Origin: Spirochaetia bacterium
GTDB taxonomy: Bacteria; Spirochaetota; Spirochaetia; SZUA-6; Bin103
NCBI GenBank assembly: GCA_965208575.1
Contig: CBDBOV010000003.1
Span: 544,001 to 608,000 of the forward strand
Direction of reading: 5' to 3'
Length of the DNA: 64,000 bases
Shown here in pieces: positions 18,870 to 28,708 of the stretch. Position numbers and translations under genes: made by a program. Under the pieces are notes generated by a model. It was not told where the DNA came from, did no database searches, and saw nothing but the letters and a program-made list of their open reading frames with translations. Every line of letters starts with the position of its first letter. The first letter of the stretch is position 1.

Positions 18870-21800
18870 CGGCCGATGTGCGCATCCATGACCCGAGTGG
18901 GACCCTGATCGGCGAGTTGACCGGCTACCTGGTGAAGCGGGCGACGCGAGCGGCATTGCTGTCCGCGGTGGAAGGCGTGCAGGACCTGCTGTACGAGGTG
19001 GTGTGGCGCGACCGCGCCCTGCCGCCCGGAATGCAGCCCGCCGGTTTTCTCACCGCGCCGTCCGCCATCGCTGCCGGCGCCGGGCCGTTCACCACCTACC
19101 TGGCGGCGGAACAGGTGAGTGCCGAGGGCCGGGCGGCGCTGTTGTCCGACCTGGAGCGGTTGGCGCGCCGCTATGCCCTGGCCGCCCTGGACAAGTTGGG
19201 CTGGCGACGATCGGCGGGTGAATCGGTCGACGCCGATGGTTTGCGGCAGCGCCTGCAGGTGAGCGCCGAACATGCGCGCCTGTTCCGGCGCATGCTGGAG
19301 ATGGTGGCGCGCGCCGGAGTGCTGGACGTGCTGGACGAGCAGGACGCCCGCTTCGTCGTCACGGTCGGCTCCGGCGAGCCGCTGCCGGACGACCTGCCGC
19401 CCGATCCGGAGCAGTTCGCCGCCGCGATGGCCGGGCGCTACGCGCATGGGGCCAACGAGATCGGACTGTTCCGGCGCAGCGGCGGCGCCCTGCCGGACGT
19501 GCTGCGGGGGAATGCGGATCCGTTGACCCTGCTGTTCAGCAGCGGCGAGCCGAGCGCGGCCGACCTGTACCGCAAGGCGCCGGTGGCGCGCGCCGCCAAC
19601 CGGATGCTCGCCGACGCGGTCGCGGCGCTGCTGCGCCGCCTGCCGGAGGGCCGCCGGCTGCGGGTGATCGAGGTCGGGGCGGGGACCGGTTCGGCTACCG
19701 CCGCGGTGCTGCCGGAACTGCCCGCCGGCCGCTACGACTACACCTACACCTACATATCGGCGGGCTTCTTCGCGGAGGCGGAGGCCAGTTTCGGCGGCGG
19801 CGAGGCTGCGATCGAGTACCGGGTACTGGACGTCGAACACGACCCGGTGGCGCAGGGGTTCGACGCCCACGGCTACGACCTGGTGATCGCCTCCAACGTG
19901 CTGCACGCCACCCGCTACCTGCACGAGACGCTGGCCCATTGCCTGGCGCTGCTGGCGCCGTCGGGGCAGTTGGTGGCACTGGAGAACCTGCGCGGCCAGG
20001 GCTGGCTGGACCTGACCTTCGGGCAGTTGGACGGCTGGTGGCGGTTTGCCGACCACTACCGTCCCCACCACGCCCTGGCCAGCCCGGAGGTGTGGCGGCG
20101 GGCGCTCGGCGACAGCGGGTTCATCGACGCCGCGGTGCTGGGCGTGCCGCGGTCGGATGCGGTCGAGCAGCGCGAGCACGGCAGCGGGAAACCGGACCGC
20201 GGCGTGATCGTGGCGCAGGGACCCGCCGAGGTGGCGGAGCCGCCCGGCGCGTGGGTGCTGGCAGCCGACCGCAACGGGGTTGCCGCGCGCCTGGCGGGCG
20301 AGCTGGCGGCGCGTAACCAGACCGTGGTGCTGGCGACCGCCGCGGCCGCCGGCGGTGCGCCGGACGGCGGCGGGGTGCCCGCGGTGGCCGTGGCGATGGA
20401 GCGGCGCGATGCGTGGCGGGAGCTGCTGGAAGCGCTGCCGGGCGACGTGCCGCTGGCCGGCGTGGTCCATCTCGCTGCGCTGGACGGTCACGGCGTGCGG
20501 GCGACGACCGACCAGATGGCACAGGACGCTCAGCGAGCGGCGGCGAGCGCCCTGGCGCTGGTGCAGGGGCTGGCCGACGCCGACCTCACGCCGTCGAACG
20601 GCGTGTGGTTCATCACGCGCGGCGCCCAGGTGCTGGAGAAGGAGCGCGCCGGGGAGCTGGCCGGCGCCACGCTGTGGGGCGTCGGCAAGGTGATCGCCCG
20701 CGAGGCGGCGCAACTGCAGGCGCGCATGATCGATCTCGACCCGGAACCGGTGGCGGGCCGCGCGGACCTCGCCGACGAGCTGCTCTACCCGGATTGCGAG
20801 ACGCACGTCGCCTACCGCGCCGGGCGCCGGCAGGCGGCCCGCCTGGTTCGCGCGGCGGCCGCATCGCGGCTGCCGCACCCCGAGCAGGGTGCCTGGCTGC
20901 TGGAGCCGGACTCCGCGGGCGTGCTGGAGGGCCTGCGCATCGATCCGTTGCCCGCCTGTGCGCTGCAGCCGCGCGAGGTGCGCCTGGCGGTGGAGGCGGC
21001 GGGACTCAACTTCTGGGACGTGTTCCGGGCGATCGGGCTGGTCGACGCCGGACTGCTCGGCGGCGAGGCCTGCGGGCGCGTCCTGGAGGTGGGCTCCGAG
21101 GTGACCGAGGTCGAGCCGGGCGACCTGGTGGTCGCGCTGGCGTTCGGCACGTTCGGCTCGGAGGTCGTGACCAGGGTCGAGATGGTGGCGCACGCACCGG
21201 CGGGCGTTCCGGTTGCCGAGCTGGCGACCATGCCGACGGCGTTCGTGTCGGCGCTGCTCTCGTACGACGAGGCGGAGCTGCAGGCCGGCGAGCGGGTACT
21301 GATTCATGCCGGAGCCGGTGGCGTCGGACTGGCGGCGATCCAGTTGGCGCAGGCCGCCGGCGCGGAGGTGTTCGCCACCGCGAGCGCTCCGAAGCAGGCG
21401 TACTTGCGTTCGCTCGGCGTGCGGCACGTGTTCGACAGCCGCTCCACCGCGTTCGGGCGCGAAGTTCTCGATGCCACCGGTGGCGCCGGCGTCGACGTGG
21501 TGCTCAACAGCCTCACCGGCGAGGGATTCATCGACGCCAGCCTCTCCTGCCTGGCCCGCGGCGGGCGCTTTGTGGAGTTGGCGCGCGTGGACATCCTGAG
21601 CGAGGAGGAAATGGCGGCGGCGCGGCCCGACGCCGCCTACACCATCCTGAAGCTCGACGTGCTCAAGGAGCACCACCCGGCGGTGCCCGGCGACGCGCTG
21701 CGACGGGTGATGGCGCGGCTGGCGGCGGGCGAGGTGCGCCCGCTGGTGTACAGTCGCTGGCCGCTGACCGAGGCGGGGCCGGCGATGGACTTCATGCGCG

Positions 21801-24800
21801 CCGCGCGCCACCTGGGCAAGATTGTCCTCGCCGCGTCGCCGCTGGAGCGCGGCCGGCTGCGGGCGGGCCGAACCTTCCTGGTGACCGGCGGCCTGGGCGG
21901 CATCGGCTGCGCGGTGGCGGGCTGGCTCGCCGACCGCGGCGCCGAGGCGATCGTGCTGAACGGACGGCGCGCGCCCACTCCCGACGCCGAGGAGACGATC
22001 GCGGCGCTGCGCGACCGCGGGGTCACGGTACGGGTCGAGCTTGCCGACGTCACCGACGCCGAGGCGGTGGACGCCATGCTGGCGCGGATCGACCGTGATC
22101 TGCCGCCGCTCGGAGGCGTGATTCACAGCGTCGGCGTGCTGGCCGACGCGGCCCTCGGCAACCAGAACTGGGAGACGTTCGCGCAGGTGCTGTGGCCGAA
22201 GATGCTCGGAGCGTGGCACCTGCACCGCGCCACCGAGCAGCGTGAGTTGGAGCTGTTCCTGCTGTTTTCGAGCATCGTCGGCACCATGGGCAACGCCGGG
22301 CAGGCCAACCACGCCGCGGCCAATGCGTTCCTGGACCAGCTCGCGGCCCACCGGCGTGCGCGCGGCCTGCCGGGCCAGGCGATCGCCTGGGGGGCGTGGT
22401 CGGGACTCGGTGAAGCGGAGGAGCAGCGCGAGCGCATCGCCCGGCAGCGATCGGCGTTCGGCGGCGGCTGGTTCACCCCGCAGCAGGGCCTGCGCGCCCT
22501 GGACCGGCTGGTGCGCGACGATCCCGCCACCGCGGCGGTAATGGCGATGGACTGGCCGGTGTTCGCGGAAGCGGTCGAGGGGCGGCCGCCGTTGCTGGAC
22601 GAACTGCTGGCGACCGCCGCCGACCCCGAGGACGACACCGCGAGCGAGGCTGACGACCTGCCCGGCCGCGTGCGCGCGGCGCCGGCGGCGGAACGCGAGG
22701 GGCTGCTGGTGTCGTTTCTGCAGCGCGAGGTGCAGGCGGTACTGCGGCTGCCGTCGACTCCGGCCCCGGAGGTCGGCTTCTTCGAACTGGGCATGGACTC
22801 GCTGATGGCGGTCGAACTGCGCAACCGGCTCAACCGGGCATGCGCGGACGCCTACACGGCGCCCAACACGCTGGTGTTCGACTACCCCGACATCGCCACG
22901 CTGGCGCGCCACCTGGCGGCCGCGCTCGGTGACGGAGCGGCCGCCGGCAGCGCAGCCACCGGCAGCGATCCCGCCGGCAGCGCAGCCACCGGCAGCGATC
23001 CGGCCGCCAGCGATGCCGCCGCCGGCGCCGCGACCGATGGCTTCGCGCCGCCTGTCCCGGCCGTGGCAGCCGACCCGGGCCCGCCGCCGGCGGCAAGGCC
23101 GGCCGCGGAGCCGGCATCATCACCACCTGCGTCCCCGCCCCCAACACGCGCGGCGGCAGCACCGACACGGGCAGCACCGACGCGTGCGGCGGCGGAGTCG
23201 ATGCCGCAGGTGGACGCCGCGGTTGACGCGATCGCCATCGTGGGCATGGCGTGCCGCTTCCCGGGCGCGCCCGATCTTGATGCCTTCGCCCGCCAGCTCG
23301 AGGAGGGCCGCGACGCGGTAACGGACGGGCGGCCCGACGCGGATCCGGGGAGTGATGCTCCCGGACTGCCCGTCATTCGCCGTGCGGCGTTCCGGCGGGG
23401 CGGATTCGTCACCGAAATCGACCGTTTCGACGCCCGCTTCTTCGGAGTCAGCCCGATCGAGGCCCGGATGATGGATCCGCGCCAGCGCATGCTCCTGGAG
23501 GCCGGCTGGCTGGCGCTGGAGGATGCCGCGCTCGACCCGGAGGCGTTGCGCGGCAGCCGAACCGGGGTATATGTCGGTGTATCCGCCAGCGAATACCGCG
23601 ACCTGATGACCGCCGGCAACGACATTGTCAGCTACCTCGGCACGGCCGGCAGCATGACCGTCGGGCGCCTGTCGTTTCTGCTTGGCCTGGCGGGGCCGAC
23701 CATGCCGGTCGAGCTCAACTGCGCCTCGTCCCTGGTAGCGGTGCATCAAGCCGCCGCGGGTCTGCACGCGGGCGAGGTTGACCTGGCCCTGGTCGGCGGC
23801 GTGCACGCGAACCTGTCTCCCGCCATTACCCTGGAGATGGCGGAGTTGGGCCTGTTGTCGCCGACCGGGCACTGCGCCCCCTTCTCGGCTGCCGCGGACG
23901 GCTTCGTGCGCGGTGAGGGGTGCGGGCTGGTGGTGCTGAAGCGGCTGGCCGACGCGCGGGCGGACGGCGACCGCGTCTGGGCCGTGATCCGCGGCTCGTC
24001 GGTGAACCAGAACGGCGCCAGCGCCGGCCCCACGGTCCCCAACGGACCCGCGCAGGAGCGGGTCATCGCGGAGGCGCTGGCGCGCGCCGGAGTGGAACCC
24101 GCCGACGTGGACTACCTGGAGGCGCACGGCGCCGGTTCGAGTATGGGTGACGCCATCGAGGTGCAGGCCGCCGCGGCGGTATACGGGCGCGACCGCGCGG
24201 TCGAACGCCCGCTGCTGATCGGCTCGGTCAAGACCAGCATCGGCCACCTGGAGCCCGCGGCCGGTATCGCGGGCCTGATCAGGGCGGTGCTGGCGATCAA
24301 CCGGGGCGTGATCGGGCCGCACCTGCACTTTCACGACCCCAGCCCGAGTCTCGACTGGGACCGGCTGCCGGTCCGGATCACCACCGAGTCGACGTCGTGG
24401 CCAGCGAGCCCGGGGCGCCCGCGGCGGGCGGGGGTGAGCGCTCTGGGCATCTCCGGCGCCAACGCACACGTCGTGGTGGAGGGGCACGATGGAGCCGACG
24501 CCGACACTGCCGCCGGCCGGGGCGCGGCGTTTGTGCCCGCCGGAAGCGCGCAGCCGGTCGCCGCTTCGTTGCCGGACTGGGCGCCCGGCGAACCCCCGGG
24601 GGGAAGTGACCTCGTGCCGCGCCGCACCCGCCTGCTGCCGCTGTCCGGCAAGTCCGGTGCGGCGCTGCGGGCGCTCGCCGAACGCTACCTGGGGTGGCTG
24701 GACGAGCGCGCCGACGAGCTTGCTGACGGCGGCGCCGCGCAGGCGCTGCTCGCCGACGCGGCGTGGACCGCCGGTGTCGGGCGCAGCCACTTCCCGCACC

Positions 24801-25738
24801 GGGCAGCGGTCCTGTTCCAGGACCTCGGATCGCTGCACGCCGGCCTGCAGGCACTGGCCGGCGCGGTCGCCGAGACGGATGCCGAGCCGCGCACCGCGGC
24901 CCGGGCAGCCTTCGCATACTCGGGACAGGCCGGGCCGTGGCTGGCGGCGGCGCGGGTGCTGTACGACAGCGAGCCGGTGGTGCGCGCCGTGCTCGACCGC
25001 TGCGAGGAGGCGCTGTGGGAGGAGCGCGGCGCCTCCCTGCTGGAGGCGATGTTCGAGCGGCCTGGAGCGACCGGGCACCTTGACCGTGGAACGTGGACGC
25101 CGCCGGCGGTGTTTGCGCTGCAGTGCGCCCTGACGGCGCTGTGGTCGAGCGTGGGAATCCGGCCCGCCGCCGTGCTCGGTGAGCGGGTCGGGGAACTCGC
25201 GGCGGCGCAGGCGGCCGGCATGTTGGCCGGCCTGGAGGAGGGACTGCGTCTGGCGGCGTCCACGGCGTCTGGCGGCACCGCGGCTGACGACGCCGCCGTG
25301 GCGCCGGCGGAGTTCGTCCTGGTGGGAGGGGCGCTTCCCCTGGTCAGTGCCGCCACGGGCCGCATCGTGGAGTCGGGGAGCAGTGTCAACAGCGAGCGGT
25401 GGCACCGGCAGGCGGGCGAGCCGGTCGCCGCAGGCGCGTGTCTGCGGACCCTCGCCGACCTGCGGATCGACGCCGTCGTGGAGATTGCCCCGCAGGCGCT
25501 GCCGGGGGTGCCGGCAGACGGCGGCGCAGTTCCGGTAGTCCGGGCGGGCGCCGCCGACACGGCCGGCAGCGGCGCTTCCGGTGAGCCCGATGGCGCATTC
25601 GCGGCAGCGGTCGCGGCCGCCTACGAGGCGGGACTCCCGGTTTCGTTCGCCGGGCTGTTCGCCGGCGAAGCGCGCCGCCGGATCTCGCTGCCGACCTATC
25701 CGTTCCAGCGCCGGCGCCATTGGATCCGGATGCGGTAG
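18830..25738 (+). CDS. supA: SupA-type type I PKS, 3' part (end of DH-cMT-ER-KR-ACP-KS-degenerate AT); continues the previous ORF in the -1 frame
   Basis: cMT IEVGAGTG; ER LIHAGAGGVG; KR TGGLGGIG; ACP LGMDSL; KS2 NCASS; AT2 has GERVG instead of GHSxG. The start coordinate is the approximate frameshift site. Confidence 0.85.
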   Translation: MDGIAPGTPPEVLTADVRIHDPSGTLIGELTGYLVKRATRAALLSAVEGVQDLLYEVVWRDRALPPGMQPAGFLTAPSAIAAGAGPFTTYLAAEQVSAEGRAALLSDLERLARRYALAALDKLGWRRSAGESVDADGLRQRLQVSAEHARLFRRMLEMVARAGVLDVLDEQDARFVVTVGSGEPLPDDLPPDPEQFAAAMAGRYAHGANEIGLFRRSGGALPDVLRGNADPLTLLFSSGEPSAADLYRKAPVARAANRMLADAVAALLRRLPEGRRLRVIEVGAGTGSATAAVLPELPAGRYDYTYTYISAGFFAEAEASFGGGEAAIEYRVLDVEHDPVAQGFDAHGYDLVIASNVLHATRYLHETLAHCLALLAPSGQLVALENLRGQGWLDLTFGQLDGWWRFADHYRPHHALASPEVWRRALGDSGFIDAAVLGVPRSDAVEQREHGSGKPDRGVIVAQGPAEVAEPPGAWVLAADRNGVAARLAGELAARNQTVVLATAAAAGGAPDGGGVPAVAVAMERRDAWRELLEALPGDVPLAGVVHLAALDGHGVRATTDQMAQDAQRAAASALALVQGLADADLTPSNGVWFITRGAQVLEKERAGELAGATLWGVGKVIAREAAQLQARMIDLDPEPVAGRADLADELLYPDCETHVAYRAGRRQAARLVRAAAASRLPHPEQGAWLLEPDSAGVLEGLRIDPLPACALQPREVRLAVEAAGLNFWDVFRAIGLVDAGLLGGEACGRVLEVGSEVTEVEPGDLVVALAFGTFGSEVVTRVEMVAHAPAGVPVAELATMPTAFVSALLSYDEAELQAGERVLIHAGAGGVGLAAIQLAQAAGAEVFATASAPKQAYLRSLGVRHVFDSRSTAFGREVLDATGGAGVDVVLNSLTGEGFIDASLSCLARGGRFVELARVDILSEEEMAAARPDAAYTILKLDVLKEHHPAVPGDALRRVMARLAAGEVRPLVYSRWPLTEAGPAMDFMRAARHLGKIVLAASPLERGRLRAGRTFLVTGGLGGIGCAVAGWLADRGAEAIVLNGRRAPTPDAEETIAALRDRGVTVRVELADVTDAEAVDAMLARIDRDLPPLGGVIHSVGVLADAALGNQNWETFAQVLWPKMLGAWHLHRATEQRELELFLLFSSIVGTMGNAGQANHAAANAFLDQLAAHRRARGLPGQAIAWGAWSGLGEAEEQRERIARQRSAFGGGWFTPQQGLRALDRLVRDDPATAAVMAMDWPVFAEAVEGRPPLLDELLATAADPEDDTASEADDLPGRVRAAPAAEREGLLVSFLQREVQAVLRLPSTPAPEVGFFELGMDSLMAVELRNRLNRACADAYTAPNTLVFDYPDIATLARHLAAALGDGAAAGSAATGSDPAGSAATGSDPAASDAAAGAATDGFAPPVPAVAADPGPPPAARPAAEPASSPPASPPPTRAAAAPTRAAPTRAAAESMPQVDAAVDAIAIVGMACRFPGAPDLDAFARQLEEGRDAVTDGRPDADPGSDAPGLPVIRRAAFRRGGFVTEIDRFDARFFGVSPIEARMMDPRQRMLLEAGWLALEDAALDPEALRGSRTGVYVGVSASEYRDLMTAGNDIVSYLGTAGSMTVGRLSFLLGLAGPTMPVELNCASSLVAVHQAAAGLHAGEVDLALVGGVHANLSPAITLEMAELGLLSPTGHCAPFSAAADGFVRGEGCGLVVLKRLADARADGDRVWAVIRGSSVNQNGASAGPTVPNGPAQERVIAEALARAGVEPADVDYLEAHGAGSSMGDAIEVQAAAAVYGRDRAVERPLLIGSVKTSIGHLEPAAGIAGLIRAVLAINRGVIGPHLHFHDPSPSLDWDRLPVRITTESTSWPASPGRPRRAGVSALGISGANAHVVVEGHDGADADTAAGRGAAFVPAGSAQPVAASLPDWAPGEPPGGSDLVPRRTRLLPLSGKSGAALRALAERYLGWLDERADELADGGAAQALLADAAWTAGVGRSHFPHRAAVLFQDLGSLHAGLQALAGAVAETDAEPRTAARAAFAYSGQAGPWLAAARVLYDSEPVVRAVLDRCEEALWEERGASLLEAMFERPGATGHLDRGTWTPPAVFALQCALTALWSSVGIRPAAVLGERVGELAAAQAAGMLAGLEEGLRLAASTASGGTAADDAAVAPAEFVLVGGALPLVSAATGRIVESGSSVNSERWHRQAGEPVAAGACLRTLADLRIDAVVEIAPQALPGVPADGGAVPVVRAGAADTAGSGASGEPDGAFAAAVAAAYEAGLPVSFAGLFAGEARRRISLPTYPFQRRRHWIRMR

Positions 25739-25777
25739 CAATGCACTTCGCATCGCTGCCGGGAGCCTGACCGCACC

Positions 25778-27547
25778 ATGGCCCACGCCGGCGCCGGCGC
25801 GCATTCGGGCATTCGCTACCAGCCGGACGACCGGCCTCCGGCGCTGCTCGCCATCGGGGTCGGAGTGCAGCTCGCGATACTCAATATCGCGGCGATCATG
25901 CTGATCCCGGCGGTGGTGATGCGGACCGCCGGCGCGAGCGACGCGTACGCTTCATGGGCGGTGTTCGCCACCGTCGCGGTATCCGGCCTTACCACGGCGC
26001 TGCAGGCGTTTCGCTTCGGGAGGTTGGGCGGCGGACACGTGCTGCTGATGGGCGCCTCCGCGGCGTTCATCTCGGTCAGCATCACGGCCGTGGCCGAGGG
26101 CGGGCCGGCGTTGCTGGCCACGCTGGTGATCATCACCGCCGTGGTCCCGCTGCTGCTCTCCTGGCGGCTCGCGCAGGTGCAACGCATCGTGACTCCCGCG
26201 GTCGCCGGCACCGTGATCATGCTGATCCCGCTCACGGTACTCCCCGCGGTCGGCAACCTGCTGACCAGCGTGCCGGCCGGCAGCCCGGCCGCCGGCGCCC
26301 CGCTCAGTGCGTTGGCCACGGTCGCGGTGATCACCACCCTGACGTTGAAGGCACCGGGGGCGTGGCGGCTGTGGGCGCCGGTCATCGGGGTGGGCGCCGG
26401 TGCGCTCGTGGGCGGCTGGTTCGGTCTGTACGATACCGGCCGGGTCGCCGCGGCGGCGTGGGTCGATCTCCCGCAGAGCCGGTGGCCTGGCTTCGATCTC
26501 TCCTTCGGGGCCTCGTTCTGGGCACTGCTGCCGGCGTTCCTGCTGGTGGCGGTGATCGCCGCCGTTCGCACCATGAGCAGCGCCGTCGCCGTCCAGCGCG
26601 TGTCGTGGCGCGGCTCGCGGGCAATCGACTACCGCGCCGTGCAGGGCGCGGTGACCCTCGACGGCGTGGGCAACCTGCTGTCGGGTCTCGCCGGCACCCT
26701 GCCCAATACCACCTACTCGGTCAGCGCACCGCTGATCTCGCTCACCGGAGTGGCGGCGCGCGGCGTCGGTATTGCCACCGGCGCGGTGTTCGTCGTCGTG
26801 GTGTTTCTGCCGAAGACGCTGGCGGTGATCCTGGCGGTCCCCGACCCGGTCCTTGCCGGCTACCTGCTCGTGCTGCTCGGGCTGCTGTTCCTGGTCGGCA
26901 TCAACATCGTCGTGCAGGATGGCCTCGATGCACGCAAGGGAATGATCGTGGGGCTGGCGCTGCTGATCGGCGTGAGCGCGCACTACGGCTTCATATTTCC
27001 CGGCCTGCTCGCCGAGTTCGCCGGTGGTCTGTTGCGCAACGGCATGAACGCCGGCGGCTACTCGGCGATCCTGATGACGCTGTTCGTGGCGCTCACCGAG
27101 TCGCGCCGCAGCCGCTTCCGGGCGGCGCGCTTCGATCGCTCGGTACTGCCAGACGTGGCCACGTTCGTTCGCGCATTTGCCGCCCGCAATGGTTGGGACG
27201 AGGCGACGGCGCGGCGACTCGACGCCGCCGGCGAAGAAACGCTGCTGGCGCTGCTCGGCGATGATGCAGGCCGCCGGGACGGACACGGCCGGCACCTGCA
27301 CCTGGCAGCGTACCGCGAGGAAGGCGGGGCGGTGCTCGAATTCGCGGTCGGTCCCGCCGGGCAGAACCTGCAGGACCGGATCGCGCTACTCCGCGAGCAT
27401 ACCGATGAGGAAGCGGTGGAGCGGGAAGTCAGCCTGCGCCTGCTGCGCCATCTCGCCTCCTCGGTGCACCACCGGCAGTATCACGGCACCGACATCGTGA
27501 CCGTCCGGGTGCAGGCGCCGGTGCCCGCCCGCGGCACACGGACGTAA
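25778..27547 (+). CDS. NCS2 (xanthine/uracil) family-like permease with an extra C-terminal soluble domain
   Basis: Many TM segments; DGVGNLLSGLAGTLPNTTYS...TGVAAR NCS2-like signature region; ~150-aa soluble tail. Confidence 0.8.
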   Translation: MAHAGAGAHSGIRYQPDDRPPALLAIGVGVQLAILNIAAIMLIPAVVMRTAGASDAYASWAVFATVAVSGLTTALQAFRFGRLGGGHVLLMGASAAFISVSITAVAEGGPALLATLVIITAVVPLLLSWRLAQVQRIVTPAVAGTVIMLIPLTVLPAVGNLLTSVPAGSPAAGAPLSALATVAVITTLTLKAPGAWRLWAPVIGVGAGALVGGWFGLYDTGRVAAAAWVDLPQSRWPGFDLSFGASFWALLPAFLLVAVIAAVRTMSSAVAVQRVSWRGSRAIDYRAVQGAVTLDGVGNLLSGLAGTLPNTTYSVSAPLISLTGVAARGVGIATGAVFVVVVFLPKTLAVILAVPDPVLAGYLLVLLGLLFLVGINIVVQDGLDARKGMIVGLALLIGVSAHYGFIFPGLLAEFAGGLLRNGMNAGGYSAILMTLFVALTESRRSRFRAARFDRSVLPDVATFVRAFAARNGWDEATARRLDAAGEETLLALLGDDAGRRDGHGRHLHLAAYREEGGAVLEFAVGPAGQNLQDRIALLREHTDEEAVEREVSLRLLRHLASSVHHRQYHGTDIVTVRVQAPVPARGTRT

Positions 27548-27570
27548 GGCCTGCGCTCAGCCGCGGGACG

Positions 27571-28497
27571 CTACGGCAGACCGTTCGACTCCAGGAAGTC
27601 CCGGATCAACGCGGCGCACTCGGCCGGTTTCTCCAGTGGAAACAGGTGCGTGGACTCCGGCAGGAAGTCGTAGTCAACGTCTGCCATGTCGGCGAGGTCG
27701 AGCGTCGGCAGGTAGGCATAGGGCAGGGTGGGGTCGGACCCGATCACCTTGGTGGGGCAGGCGAGCTGGCCGAGGTCCACGAGCACGCAGTAGATGCGGG
27801 TGTATTGCATGACCTGTGCCTCGTATTCGCGCGGGCAGCGCAGTTCGTAGTCCTGCCCGTTGGACGATCGGCGCAGCGTGGTTCGTGCCATCAGTTCGCG
27901 AACCCCCGGAACGACGCGCGCGAAGGCGGGAAAGAAGCTCAGCAGTTCGACGAAGGCGTCTCGGGACGGGAACCGGTACCCGCGCCGCCGGATCGCTTCC
28001 GCGGCGCGCGTGGCAGCCACCTCGAACTCCAACTGGCTGGTCCCCGGCTTGCAGAGCGTCGGATCCAGCAGCACCTGAGCGGCCAGCGGACGGCGGTCGT
28101 CGATTGCCCGGATCTGCGTCGTCGCCGACGACAGGAGCGCAATGAGAGCGGAAACGGAGTGATAGACGCCGATCTTGGGCTTGTCGCCGAAGTGCCGGTC
28201 GATCGCCTGCAGAATGTGCTCGTGGTCGTGGATCAGGGTCGGAATGTTGTGCCGGGCGCGCGGGCCCACGGTGTTCCAGCCGTGGTTCCTGAGGTCATAC
28301 AGGATCAGGTCGAACTCGTCGGCCAGCAGCGACCAGAACGGGTAGTAGAGGTCGATCGCCAGGCCGTTGCCGTGTCCGAGCACGAGCCGCGTACCGTGCG
28401 GGTTGCCATATCTGCGCAGCGCAATGACGGTGTCGTGGTCGAGGCGCACTTCGCGCACGGCGAGCGGATCGGGTATCTCCCACACGGGTTCCAACAT
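27571..28497 (-). CDS. Alpha/beta hydrolase (sup-cluster associated)
   Basis: HGNG oxyanion motif, YDLRNHG, YHSVS nucleophile elbow, C-terminal THLFPLE His. Confidence 0.8.
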   Translation of the reverse strand: MLEPVWEIPDPLAVREVRLDHDTVIALRRYGNPHGTRLVLGHGNGLAIDLYYPFWSLLADEFDLILYDLRNHGWNTVGPRARHNIPTLIHDHEHILQAIDRHFGDKPKIGVYHSVSALIALLSSATTQIRAIDDRRPLAAQVLLDPTLCKPGTSQLEFEVAATRAAEAIRRRGYRFPSRDAFVELLSFFPAFARVVPGVRELMARTTLRRSSNGQDYELRCPREYEAQVMQYTRIYCVLVDLGQLACPTKVIGSDPTLPYAYLPTLDLADMADVDYDFLPESTHLFPLEKPAECAALIRDFLESNGLP

Positions 28498-28708
28498 GGC
28501 GGCGGTATCAGCGCCCAGGCGACGGAGGGCTCTGGATATCGGAAGGGTATTGGCGCACGGACGTGTCGTCAACTTCCGAACTGCCCGTCGATTCCCTGCC
28601 GGCGCCGGCAAGCGCAAGCGGGATGATGACGCAACGTCCCGGAACGACCTACCATGCACGCACGGGCCGAACGCCGGCTGCCAGGCGGCGGCGCATGAGG
28701 AGGAACCG

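Noticed and set aside
16068-25804. Long minus-strand ORFs over the PKS
   Set aside because: Shadow ORFs from high GC3; the plus strand carries all PKS motifs
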